Shown here: one piece after another, positions 49,791 to 58,845 of the stretch
Layout of the letters: every line of letters starts with the position of its first letter
Position numbering within the stretch: the first letter of the stretch is position 1
Origin: a virus
Reading direction: 5' to 3' (one strand)
Virus record (IMG/VR): IMGVR_UViG_3300035670_000132
Coordinates: 14,513-78,512 of that record
DNA: 64,000 nt
Translations under genes and position numbers: made by a program
Notes under the pieces: generated by a model
Told to the model about the DNA's origin: nothing
The model's input: the letters and a program-made list of their open reading frames with translations, nothing else
The model's database searches: none

Positions 49791-50695
49791 CACTAATCAA
49801 TCCAAAAAATCCAGTCTACATCATTTCTAAGGGTCGTGCAGACTCTATGTTCACTTCGCGATCACTGGCGCGCATGAAAGTGCCGCACTATATCATGATT
49901 GAGCCACAAGATGAGAGTGCGTATGAGCAAGCACTAGACAACTTCAAGATTCGTGATTATGTGACTTTGTTGATTGCTCCGTTCTCTAATCACGGTGACG
50001 GTCCTGGTCGCGCACGCAATCTATGTTGGGATCATGCAATCGAGATTGGTGCAGAAAAGCATTGGGTTTGTGACGACAACATCTCAGACTTCTATCGCTT
50101 GCACAAAAACATGCGTATTCGTGTAGAGTCTGGTGCAATCTTCAAAGCTGCTGAAGACTTTATCGATCGGTTTGAGAACGTGCCGATCTCAGGCTTCCAG
50201 TATCGATTTTTCATTGCGCCAAACTCTAAGTATCCGCCATATGTGAAGAACACTCGCATTTACTCTACGCTACTGATCTCTAATGACTGCAAGCATCGCT
50301 GGCGTGGACGATACAATGAAGACACCGATATTTGCTTACGTGTACTCAAAGACGGTGACTGCACGATACAATTCAATTCATTCCTACAAGGCAAAGCAGC
50401 AACGCAGACAGTCAAAGGCGGCAACACGGCTGAGTTCTACCACGCTGAAGGCACTCAAGACAAGAGCAAATGGCGAGACGGAATGCTGAATCCTGAAGGT
50501 ACAATCAACAAATCTCAGATGCTTGTTGACTTGCATCCAGACGTATCCAGAGTCGTTTGGCGATACGGACGCTGGCATCACTATGTTGATTATTCACCGT
50601 TCAAGAAAAACGAACTTCGATTGAAACCAGATGCTAAGATTCCGTCAGGAATAAACAACTACGGCATGCGACTTGAAACAAATTTTAAAGGATAA
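49787..50695 (+). CDS. GREB1-like / TET-associated (TAGT) glycosyltransferase
   Basis: PVYIISKGRAD, GRARN..WDHA, HWVCDDNI, WRGRYNEDTDICLRVLKDG, TQTVKGGNT. Confidence 0.78.
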   Translation: MTLINPKNPVYIISKGRADSMFTSRSLARMKVPHYIMIEPQDESAYEQALDNFKIRDYVTLLIAPFSNHGDGPGRARNLCWDHAIEIGAEKHWVCDDNISDFYRLHKNMRIRVESGAIFKAAEDFIDRFENVPISGFQYRFFIAPNSKYPPYVKNTRIYSTLLISNDCKHRWRGRYNEDTDICLRVLKDGDCTIQFNSFLQGKAATQTVKGGNTAEFYHAEGTQDKSKWRDGMLNPEGTINKSQMLVDLHPDVSRVVWRYGRWHHYVDYSPFKKNELRLKPDAKIPSGINNYGMRLETNFKG

Positions 50696-50698
50696 AAA

Positions 50699-51319
50699 GT
50701 GCATTTATACAGTGAAAATGGTAGTCATCTTGGATGGTTTGACAAGGACACTGCAATCCGCGTCACGAAAGGCCTTGAGCATGTTGTTTATGCGATGGCT
50801 TGTTGTGAAGAGAAGCCAGACAATAAGATTCTGCCTTGCTTTGTTAAAGGAACTGTTTACATTGGAATGTCAACTGGAAAACAATTCGACAAGAAAAACA
50901 AAAAGTATCCTGGCAGTGTTCAAATGAATTCTACAAAAAGAATGTTTAAGCATAATGAACATATGTACAATCCAAAAACAATGGATAAGAAATATCGATT
51001 GTTTCACGAAACATATGAGCTTTTTCACGATCGTAATCCAGATTTGCCAAATCCAAATCTTAAAATTTGGTATAGTTTCTCTATTCCAAATAAAGACATG
51101 AAAGAAATCTTAATGAAATCATTTCTTCACATGGTAGAAGATGAATTCATTTATTTCTACATCAAGGAATTTGACATGGTTCCTATTATGAATCTTGATC
51201 ATAAGTTAGCCACAGACTTTGAACTGAACAACACCAATTTCGTCGACCGTAGAATTCCAAACACAATTTCACATGCAGTAATGCGCGGAAATCGACTTAC
51301 CGAGTTTATTGCAGCATAA
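50699..51319 (+). CDS. Divergent GIY-YIG-like nuclease (possible free-standing homing endonuclease)
   Basis: VVY...VYIGMS...KRMFKH pattern; AT-rich with several TTAA. Confidence 0.5.
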   Translation: MHLYSENGSHLGWFDKDTAIRVTKGLEHVVYAMACCEEKPDNKILPCFVKGTVYIGMSTGKQFDKKNKKYPGSVQMNSTKRMFKHNEHMYNPKTMDKKYRLFHETYELFHDRNPDLPNPNLKIWYSFSIPNKDMKEILMKSFLHMVEDEFIYFYIKEFDMVPIMNLDHKLATDFELNNTNFVDRRIPNTISHAVMRGNRLTEFIAA

Positions 51320-51344
51320 TCTGACTAATCCACTCAACTACCTC

Positions 51345-51372
51345 TTGACCTCGTCCATCACTGTGTTATTAT
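51345..51372 (+). promoter_or_regulatory. Sigma70-type early promoter
   Basis: TTGACC-N16-TATTAT with extended -10 TGn. Confidence 0.7.
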
Positions 51373-51397
51373 TACTCCTGTGATGAGCGAGGTACTG

Positions 51398-51535
51398 ATG
51401 AATCAAGACACGATCCCTGCTGATGAATGGAATGCCGCTTTCGACGACATTCCTGTCGAAGAGACTCAAGCGTACCAAGACTGGCTAGCTCGGTTTGAGT
51501 ACGAACACTTTTCATCCTGCGAATTTGACATCTGA
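51398..51535 (+). CDS. Small acidic early protein (45 aa, not in ORF track)
   Basis: GAGGT RBS; MNQDTIPADEWNAAFDDIPVEETQAYQDWLARFEYEHFSSCEFDI*. Confidence 0.65.
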   Translation: MNQDTIPADEWNAAFDDIPVEETQAYQDWLARFEYEHFSSCEFDI

Positions 51536-51545
51536 GAGGTTCACC

Positions 51546-51974
51546 ATGGGTCAGACTACTACTCTCCACACTATTTACGGTGTTTCCAAGGCCAAGACCG
51601 ACAAAGCGGTGCTTGTTGAAATCGAAGACAACGGCAGCGTCAAGCAGTCTTGGATGCCGCTCTCCGTCGTCGCAGTGAAGTTCATCGGCAAAAATTTTCA
51701 AGTCAAGGTGAGCGTTCCTGGTTGGTTCTTCCGCAAGATTGACTGGAAGGCTCCTCAGCCTTTCACTCCCAAGACTAAGCCCGCTGCACCTAAGAATCCT
51801 TACATCGGTTCTGACGTTGGCAACATGCTGGAAGAACAGATGATTCTGTCAGAACAGATTGACGCCTACCAAGAAGGCGCATTCGGTGAAGGTCTTGAAC
51901 AGGATCGCATCATGCAAGACCTGTCTCGTCGAATTGAAATGATTCGGGAAGCTGTTGCAATCGCGCAACAGTGA
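51546..51974 (+). CDS. Hypothetical early protein
   Basis: GAGGT RBS before ATG 51546; KTDKAVLV...SWMPLS SH3-like N-terminal segment. Confidence 0.7.
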   Translation: MGQTTTLHTIYGVSKAKTDKAVLVEIEDNGSVKQSWMPLSVVAVKFIGKNFQVKVSVPGWFFRKIDWKAPQPFTPKTKPAAPKNPYIGSDVGNMLEEQMILSEQIDAYQEGAFGEGLEQDRIMQDLSRRIEMIREAVAIAQQ

Positions 51975-51976
51975 TG

Positions 51977-52005
51977 TTGACATGTGACTGGTTCTAGATT
52001 AGAAT
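51977..52005 (+). promoter_or_regulatory. Sigma70-type early promoter
   Basis: TTGACA-N17-TAGAAT. Confidence 0.8.
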
Positions 52006-52028
52006 TAGTTCACTAACTCGGAGAACGT

Positions 52029-54260
52029 ATGTCACTTCAGAACACGAAAACGATCCTTGCGAAGCTACTCGCCACTGAAAACATCAGTGTAGAATTCCGT
52101 AACGTACCGACTGCGTATTTTGATATGAAGAATCGCTTGATGGTTCTTCCTCAGTGGAAAGATATCACGCCTGAGCTTTATGACTTGCTCGGTGGTCACG
52201 AAGTCGGTCACGCGCTGAACACTCCTGCTGAGGGCTGGCACACGGCAGTCACCGAGAATGTGAGTGCAAATTTCAAGACATTCCTGAATGTCGTCGAAGA
52301 TGCCCGCATCGAGCGTAAGATCAAGGAGCGGTTCCCCGGCATTCGCAAGTCCTTTCTGAAGGGCTACGCTGAACTGGTGTCTCGTGACTTCTTCGGCATC
52401 AAGGATCGCGATGTCAATGCGATGATGCTGATTGATCGGATCAACATCCACTTCAAGCTCGGCAATCTTGCTTGCGTCAAGTTCAAGAACGAAAAAGAAG
52501 AAGAGTTCGTTGCTCGAATTGAATCGGCTGAGACTTGGAACGACGTTTACGAAATCTCTAAGGACCTCTTTGCTTACTGCAAGGAAGAACTAGAAGAGAT
52601 GAAGAAGCAGCGTCAGGAGATGATGTCGAAGATGTTCTCTCAAGGCGAAGAAGAGGATGGCGACGGCGCTGAAGGCGAGTCTGTAATGTCTGACGACGCT
52701 GAAGAGTCTGACGGCGACGCCTCTGGCTCTGGCGAAGAATCTGACGAAGACTTTGACTCCGACTCGGAAGGCGAACAGTCTGCTGCTGACGACGAAGATT
52801 CTGACGACGATTCCGATGCTGGTGATCCGGTGTCTCGTGGCGGTGGTCAAGGCTACACCCACGATCCTATCGGCGATCTTCCTGATGAGCCTGTGTCAGT
52901 AACCGACAAGAATTTTCAAGAGAAGGTCAAGACACTCTCTGACGACAAGCTGGCGATTACTGGAAACATTCCTTCAATGAACAAGATTGACCTGTCTTCG
53001 CGGGTTGTGTCTTGGAAGAATCTCTCTGGCAAGTTCTTCGCGAAGAATGAACACTACAAGCCTGACCTGCTTGCGAAGTTCGAAGCCAAGAACAAGGCAG
53101 CTATCAACTACCTTGTCAAGGAATTCGAGATGCGCAAGAAAGCCGCCGAGCTAAAGCGAGTCTCCATTTCTGAGACTGGTATCATTGACACCAATCTCCT
53201 GCATGCTTACAAGTATACGGACAGCATCTTCCGCAAGATGGCTACTGTTGCTGAAGGCAAGAATCACGGGCTTGTCGCGATGGTTGACTGGTCTGGTTCA
53301 ATGGCCAACAATCTGTCTGGCACGATTGAACAGATGTTGATACTGACTATGTTCTGTAAGAAAGTCAACATTCCGTTCGAAGTTCTGGTGTTCTCTACCG
53401 AATACAATCAAGAGCACGGCGACTTTGTAACCCAACACGACAAAAACTCCCTAGACACTCGCGGCGTGATGTCTCTGCTGAATATTCTTTCCAACAAGAT
53501 GTCATCGGCTGCGTTTCGTTCAATGGCTATCGAGCTACTTAATGTTGCACACTACTACAATACTCGCACCGGCGTCACATACTGGACATCTCGTGTTGCG
53601 ATTCAATCGAGTATGACGGCTGAGTGTTCTCTCGGTGGCACTCCGCTGAACCTTGCGATCATCGCATTGTCCAAATACGTCAATGACTTCAAGAAAGCTA
53701 ACAAGTTGGAGGTTGTAAACACTGCGATCATCTCTGACGGTGAAGACTCTTCTAACATGTTCTTGATCAATACTGAAGACTACAATCGAGGTCTCTATCC
53801 TTCGAACTACAAAAAGAATTCTTATGTATTCGATCCTGACACCAAGCAGACTTTCAAGATCGTGCGAAGCATCACCGACACTCTGCTGGAGATTCTGAAG
53901 GCGCGCACTGGTTGTAATCTGCTTGGATTCTTTATCGTAGACAACAAGCGTGGCAGGTTTCATAATGAGATTTATCGGCTCAGCCCGATGGACTCGATTA
54001 ACATTGATGCGACGTTCGCTAAGTTCCGTAATGATGGTGTGTTCACTGTCAGGGGCTGCGGCTACGATGAGTTCTACCTGATCCCTGGTGGTGACAATCT
54101 TGAAGCCAACGACGATTCCCTGGACGATATCCTGAAGGCGAAGAAGGACGATTCTGGTAAAATCTCCACTCGCAAGCTGAAGAGTGCCTTCATGTCTCTT
54201 AACCAAAATCGACTGAACTCTCGGATCCTATTGAAAAAATTTATTGAGCAAACCACGTAA
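52029..54260 (+). CDS. CobT-like protein: HEXXH metallopeptidase-like domain + acidic linker + VWA domain
   Basis: GHEVGHALNTP, NVVEDARIER, D/E-rich linker, VDWSGSM MIDAS, GGTPL, ISDGE. Confidence 0.88.
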   Translation: MSLQNTKTILAKLLATENISVEFRNVPTAYFDMKNRLMVLPQWKDITPELYDLLGGHEVGHALNTPAEGWHTAVTENVSANFKTFLNVVEDARIERKIKERFPGIRKSFLKGYAELVSRDFFGIKDRDVNAMMLIDRINIHFKLGNLACVKFKNEKEEEFVARIESAETWNDVYEISKDLFAYCKEELEEMKKQRQEMMSKMFSQGEEEDGDGAEGESVMSDDAEESDGDASGSGEESDEDFDSDSEGEQSAADDEDSDDDSDAGDPVSRGGGQGYTHDPIGDLPDEPVSVTDKNFQEKVKTLSDDKLAITGNIPSMNKIDLSSRVVSWKNLSGKFFAKNEHYKPDLLAKFEAKNKAAINYLVKEFEMRKKAAELKRVSISETGIIDTNLLHAYKYTDSIFRKMATVAEGKNHGLVAMVDWSGSMANNLSGTIEQMLILTMFCKKVNIPFEVLVFSTEYNQEHGDFVTQHDKNSLDTRGVMSLLNILSNKMSSAAFRSMAIELLNVAHYYNTRTGVTYWTSRVAIQSSMTAECSLGGTPLNLAIIALSKYVNDFKKANKLEVVNTAIISDGEDSSNMFLINTEDYNRGLYPSNYKKNSYVFDPDTKQTFKIVRSITDTLLEILKARTGCNLLGFFIVDNKRGRFHNEIYRLSPMDSINIDATFAKFRNDGVFTVRGCGYDEFYLIPGGDNLEANDDSLDDILKAKKDDSGKISTRKLKSAFMSLNQNRLNSRILLKKFIEQTT

Positions 54261-54319
54261 ATCGAAACTTTTTGATGTATACTGTATCCATTGATGAACA
54301 AAACTGAAAGGAAACTCAA

Positions 54320-55480
54320 GTGACTACTAAGGCTCAAAAGATGACGTTCCTGTCCACTGCGTATGCTCGATTCGGCGAGGTTGCTACTCGCCAGCAACTG
54401 ATTTCGCTAGAACAGGAACTCGGTGAGTCTCACGCCTGGACTCGCTACGCTCAGTACAGTGCGGGTCGCGGCAAATATCGCCTTCCCATTGAAAAGCTGA
54501 CCGAGGTTGCTGCATTGACTGCTGTTCCTAAGCCTGTAGAATCTGTAGTTGTTCCCATGACTCAAGCGTCTAAGGCTGCGGCTAAGATCGCAACCGTAGC
54601 CCGATACACTGAAAACGCGGTGGTTCCGCAGAAAGATCCTCTGTTCGTTGAATTCGGCTTCTTCTCCAAAATGAAGATGCTGCTGAAGTCGATGCAGTTC
54701 TATCCAGTTTTTGTGTCTGGCTTGTCTGGCAACGGCAAAACCATGATGGTAGAACAAGCATGCGCTGATCTTGGCCGTGAATACCTCCGCGTCAACATCT
54801 CGTCTGAGACTGGTGAAGATGACCTGATCGGTGGCTTCCGTCTAGTTGATGGCGAGACTCGCTGGTATGATGGTCCTGTGATTCAAGCGATGAAGGCTGG
54901 CGCAGTTCTCTGCCTCGATGAAATCGACCGCGGTACTAACAAGCTAATGTGTCTGCAAGCTATCCTTGAAGGCAAGCCCTACCTGATCAAGAAGACTGGC
55001 GAGTACGTTGAGCCTAAGTCGGGTTTCAACATTGTCGCGACTGCTAACACCAAGGGTAAGGGCGATGATTCTGGCCGATTCATGGCTGCGATGATTCTTG
55101 ATGATGCGTTCCTTGAGCGTTTCCCGATCACCGTTGAGCAAGAATATCCTGACGTAAAGATCGAGACCAAGATTCTAGCCCGTGTCTTTGACAGTCTTGG
55201 CATCAAGGACAATACGTTCGCCGAGAATCTCGTCAAGTGGGCTGACATCATTCGCAAGACCTTCCAAGAAGGTGCGATTGACGAAATCATCGCCACTCGC
55301 CGTCTAGTACACATCGCTAAGGCTTACAAAATCTTCGGTGATCGCACCGCCGCGATTGAATACTGTATCAACCGATTCGACGGTGAAACCAAGACTGCGT
55401 TCTTGGATCTGTACAGCAAGATTGACGCTGGCGAAGAAAAGCCCGCCGACAAGGCCGCTGAAGAATCCCCCGCGATCTAA
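54320..55480 (+). CDS. CobS/MoxR-like AAA+ ATPase
   Basis: GLSGNGKT, LCLDEIDRG, ATANTKGKG, LDDAFLERF, ATRRLVHI. Confidence 0.9.
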   Translation: MTTKAQKMTFLSTAYARFGEVATRQQLISLEQELGESHAWTRYAQYSAGRGKYRLPIEKLTEVAALTAVPKPVESVVVPMTQASKAAAKIATVARYTENAVVPQKDPLFVEFGFFSKMKMLLKSMQFYPVFVSGLSGNGKTMMVEQACADLGREYLRVNISSETGEDDLIGGFRLVDGETRWYDGPVIQAMKAGAVLCLDEIDRGTNKLMCLQAILEGKPYLIKKTGEYVEPKSGFNIVATANTKGKGDDSGRFMAAMILDDAFLERFPITVEQEYPDVKIETKILARVFDSLGIKDNTFAENLVKWADIIRKTFQEGAIDEIIATRRLVHIAKAYKIFGDRTAAIEYCINRFDGETKTAFLDLYSKIDAGEEKPADKAAEESPAI

Positions 55481-55509
55481 ATAGTTTTCTCCTTGGCATC
55501 CGTGCCTTT

Positions 55510-55534
55510 AAGCCCTAGAAATAGGGCTTTTTTT
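55510..55534 (+). terminator. Rho-independent terminator
   Basis: aagcccta-gaaa-tagggctt followed by a T-run. Confidence 0.88.
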
Positions 55535-55574
55535 CATATATAATATATCACCAACAACATCATGGAGTGCATGA

Positions 55575-56414
55575 ATGGAAATTGAAATTGATCTTGAAAA
55601 ACTACGTCAGAAAAAGCTGTTCGTAGCAACGCCAATGTATGGCGGTCAGTGTCATGGATCTTACACAAAAGCTGTAGCCGATCTAATGACTGTCTGCACA
55701 AAATATGGAATTGATGCAAAGCTATTCTTTATTTTCAACGAATCTCTAATTACTCGCGCACGAAACTATCTTGCAGATGAGTTTATTCGCAGCGACTTTG
55801 ATTATCTCATGTTCATTGATAGTGATATTCATTTTGATGCGACTGACGTTCTCACGATGATGCACTATGCGGCTAACAATGAGAATATGGAAGTTCTCTG
55901 CGGTCCTTATCCAAAGAAGACTATCGCATGGGAAAAGATCAAAGCAGCAGTGGACAAGGGCTTCGCAGACAATAATCCTGGAGTGCTCGAAGAGTTCGTT
56001 GGAGACTACGTTTTCAATCCCGTAGATGGAATCAAGGAGATGCGAATTGATGAGCCGGTGCAAGTCAAGGAAGGCGGCACTGGATTCATGCTAGTTCAGC
56101 GCCCAGCATTCGCCAAGATGGATGCTGCATATCCAGAGCTACTTTATCGCCCAGACCACTTGCGAACAAAGAACTTCGACGGCGCCCGTGAGATCATGGC
56201 TTACTTCGACACGGTGATCGATCCAGTTTCGAAGCGATATCTTTCTGAAGACTACATGTTCTGTCAGTGGGCAAGGAATGCTGGATCTCAGGTCTGGATG
56301 CTACCATGGATCAAGCTAAAACACGCTGGAAGCTATATTTTCGGTGGATCACTAGCAGCCATTGCAGCGGCTGGAGTTTCTCCCACCAGCGATTCTAGAG
56401 CAGTCAAGCGATAA
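55575..56414 (+). CDS. GT-A fold (GT2-like) glycosyltransferase
   Basis: FVATPMYGG, ESLITRARN, FIDSDI (DxD), GTGFML, LSEDYMFC. Confidence 0.8.
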   Translation: MEIEIDLEKLRQKKLFVATPMYGGQCHGSYTKAVADLMTVCTKYGIDAKLFFIFNESLITRARNYLADEFIRSDFDYLMFIDSDIHFDATDVLTMMHYAANNENMEVLCGPYPKKTIAWEKIKAAVDKGFADNNPGVLEEFVGDYVFNPVDGIKEMRIDEPVQVKEGGTGFMLVQRPAFAKMDAAYPELLYRPDHLRTKNFDGAREIMAYFDTVIDPVSKRYLSEDYMFCQWARNAGSQVWMLPWIKLKHAGSYIFGGSLAAIAAAGVSPTSDSRAVKR

Positions 56415-56432
56415 ATGAAAGAGGAATATATT

Positions 56433-56861
56433 ATGCAAAGTGAATTGCCAAAAACATTATCTCAAACTTTTGATAATATGGGAGCATCACATTATAACGG
56501 ATGGAATGATAGTATGTTAACGACATCGAGTTTGAATCAAGGCCTTTTAGGATCAATTACTCAAACTGCAACAATCAAACCAGTCAACTACAAATATCAT
56601 GAAGATGAAATTCTAGATGAGCTGAAGCGATATATTGACAGCACATATAGTCAACACTATTCAACTAACAAGTATCAAGCGACTGAGTTTATTATTGATG
56701 GCGGGCATGGCGAAGGCTTTTGCATCGGCAATATCATGAAGTATGCTCAGCGCTACGGAAAGAAAAACGGCAAGAATAAACAAGACTTGCTAAAGGTACT
56801 TCACTATGCTATAATCATGCTTCACATTCACAATGAATCTGAAAGGAAAATTACAAAATGA
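56433..56861 (+). CDS. DUF3310-like protein (nucleotide kinase/nucleotide-modification associated)
   Basis: YSQHY, GFCIGNIMKYAQRYGKKNG..KQDLLKVLHYA. Confidence 0.75.
   Translation: MQSELPKTLSQTFDNMGASHYNGWNDSMLTTSSLNQGLLGSITQTATIKPVNYKYHEDEILDELKRYIDSTYSQHYSTNKYQATEFIIDGGHGEGFCIGNIMKYAQRYGKKNGKNKQDLLKVLHYAIIMLHIHNESERKITK
56787..56815 (+). promoter_or_regulatory. Gene-internal sigma70-type promoter for gp45
   Basis: TTGCTA-N17-TATAAT with TGn. Confidence 0.55.
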
Positions 56862-57526
56862 AATTAAGTGAATCAACTCTGACTTACTTGAAGAACTTCT
56901 CATCAATCAATTCTGGCATTGTCATTCAGTCTGGCAATACTATTCGCACAATTTCAAAGCAGCAAAACATCCTTGCTAAAGCTGAAGTTGTCGAAACGTT
57001 TGACGACAAGATTGCAATCTATGACTTGAATCGATTTCTTGCTTTGTTGAGTTCTCTTCAATCTCCAGAAATTGACATTGTGCCTGATCAGAAGTGCATC
57101 AATGTTCTGTCTGGTCAAACCAAGGCTGTCTATCGCCTCTCCGATGAATCTCTCGTCGTGACTGCACCAGCAAAAGACTTGAAAGTCACTGGCGAAGTAA
57201 AGTTCTTACTAACGAAAGACACGATGAACCAGATTGCAAAGATGGCTGGTGTGCTTGGTCTTCCTAACGTATGCGTTCGCGGCGATCGGTCTAAAGTCAC
57301 TCTAAACGCGGTTGATGTCAAGAATCAAGACTCTGACATCTTCAGCATTGAAGTCGGCACTACAAAGTCTGAATTTGAAATGATCTTCTCTACGGAGAAT
57401 TTCAAGATGATTCCTGGTGACTACAACGTAGAGATTTCATCTAAAGGCATCTCTCACTTCAAGCACACGAAAGAGCCTATCGAATATTGGATCGCTATCG
57501 AATCTGGTTCGACTTTCACCGAGTAA
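56858..57526 (+). CDS. gp45: Sliding clamp gp45
   Basis: MKLSESTL..LKNFSSINSGI, AIYDLNRFL, ENFKMIPGDY.VEIS, YWIAIE. Confidence 0.95.
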   Translation: MKLSESTLTYLKNFSSINSGIVIQSGNTIRTISKQQNILAKAEVVETFDDKIAIYDLNRFLALLSSLQSPEIDIVPDQKCINVLSGQTKAVYRLSDESLVVTAPAKDLKVTGEVKFLLTKDTMNQIAKMAGVLGLPNVCVRGDRSKVTLNAVDVKNQDSDIFSIEVGTTKSEFEMIFSTENFKMIPGDYNVEISSKGISHFKHTKEPIEYWIAIESGSTFTE

Positions 57527-57551
57527 ATTGAAAAAGGAGCATTACTACATC

Positions 57552-57821
57552 ATGACGACAAATTCTGGAATTGTAATCCCATCATCTCCAGCAGACAGGC
57601 AAGCGATCAAGAATGCTCTCCAAGAAATCTCAAACTCGCTCACTCGCATCGAGGGTGAGCGAGACTTGATCAAAGATATCTTGCAGACAGTTCAAGACAA
57701 TCAGAACATTCCTAAGAAGTATGTTCGCAAGCTAGCCAAGATTTTTCATAAGCAAAACTACACTGAAGTTCAACAAGAACAAGAAGACATTGATTCATTG
57801 TACGAGACTGTTGCACAATAA
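57552..57821 (+). CDS. dsbA: Phage dsDNA-binding protein, DsbA-like
   Basis: LQEISNSLTRIEGERDLIKDI...RKLAKIFHKQN...E..SLYE. Confidence 0.7.
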   Translation: MTTNSGIVIPSSPADRQAIKNALQEISNSLTRIEGERDLIKDILQTVQDNQNIPKKYVRKLAKIFHKQNYTEVQQEQEDIDSLYETVAQ

Positions 57822-57839
57822 CACGATATCTGTTATAGT
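57811..57839 (+). promoter_or_regulatory. Sigma70-type promoter upstream of gp44
   Basis: TTGCAC-N17-TATAGT with TGn. Confidence 0.55.
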
Positions 57840-57887
57840 GCTATTGTGATGTTATCTGCTTTGCAGATTTTTATTATGGAGTAATCA

Positions 57888-58826
57888 ATGCTACAAGAAT
57901 TCCTCTGGGTAGAAAAGTATCGACCAAAAGCGGTGCAAGACACTATCCTTCCTGATGACTTGAAGCAAACGTTTCAGACGTTTGTCGATAACAAAGAAAT
58001 CCCTAATCTGATCTTGTCTGGCGGTCCTGGTGTTGGTAAGACTACCATCGCTAGGGCTATGCTAGAAGAGATCGACTGTTCATATATTGTCATCAACGGT
58101 TCTATGAACGGCAACATTGACACGCTGCGCAACGAAATCAAAAACTTTGCGTCAACTGTCTCATTCAAAGGCGGTAGAAAGTATGTCATCCTTGATGAAG
58201 CTGATTATCTCAATCCTCAATCTACGCAACCTGCGCTGCGTAATTTTATGGAAGAGTTTTCTGCTAATTGTGGTTTTATTCTTACTTGTAACTTTGTCAA
58301 CCGAATCATCGCTCCATTACATTCTCGATGTTCCGTCATACAGTTCAAGATAAGCAAGAATGATAAGCCGAAGCTAGCTTCGGCGTTCTTCAAGCGAGTC
58401 GTGGGCATTCTCAAGACTGAAAATGTAGATGCTGATTCTAAAGTAGTTGCAGAATTTGTAACTAAACACTTTCCTGACTGGCGCAGAGTGCTGAATGAAC
58501 TTCAGCGCTACTCTGCGACTGGCAAGATTGACGTCGGCATTCTGTCTCGCATCGGTGACGTATCAATCAAATCGTTGATTGATTCCTTGAGTGGTAAAGA
58601 TTTCTCCACAATGCGCAAGTGGGTTGCTGAAAATCTCGATTCAGATCCAACTGCAATCTTCAGGTCATTGTTCGATAACATGATAGAATTCGTTCAGCCG
58701 CAGTCAGTTCCAGAGCTAGTTGTGCTGCTTGGTGAGTATCAATACAAGTCTGCTTTCGTTGCTGATCAAGAGATCAATCTAGTTGCTTTCTTGACTGAAG
58801 TAATGGCATCTTGCGAATTCAAGTGA
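57888..58826 (+). CDS. gp44: Clamp loader large subunit gp44
   Basis: LWVEKYRP, GGPGVGKTT, ILDEADYL, PLHSRC, FPDWRR. Confidence 0.96.
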   Translation: MLQEFLWVEKYRPKAVQDTILPDDLKQTFQTFVDNKEIPNLILSGGPGVGKTTIARAMLEEIDCSYIVINGSMNGNIDTLRNEIKNFASTVSFKGGRKYVILDEADYLNPQSTQPALRNFMEEFSANCGFILTCNFVNRIIAPLHSRCSVIQFKISKNDKPKLASAFFKRVVGILKTENVDADSKVVAEFVTKHFPDWRRVLNELQRYSATGKIDVGILSRIGDVSIKSLIDSLSGKDFSTMRKWVAENLDSDPTAIFRSLFDNMIEFVQPQSVPELVVLLGEYQYKSAFVADQEINLVAFLTEVMASCEFK

Positions 58827-58845
58827 TTTTAGGAGAAATATTGAT

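Noticed and set aside
52029-55480. Cobalamin biosynthesis (cobS/cobT) auxiliary pathway
   Set aside because: The sequence supports only a MoxR AAA+/VWA pair common in T4-like phages; no cobN or other cob genes present
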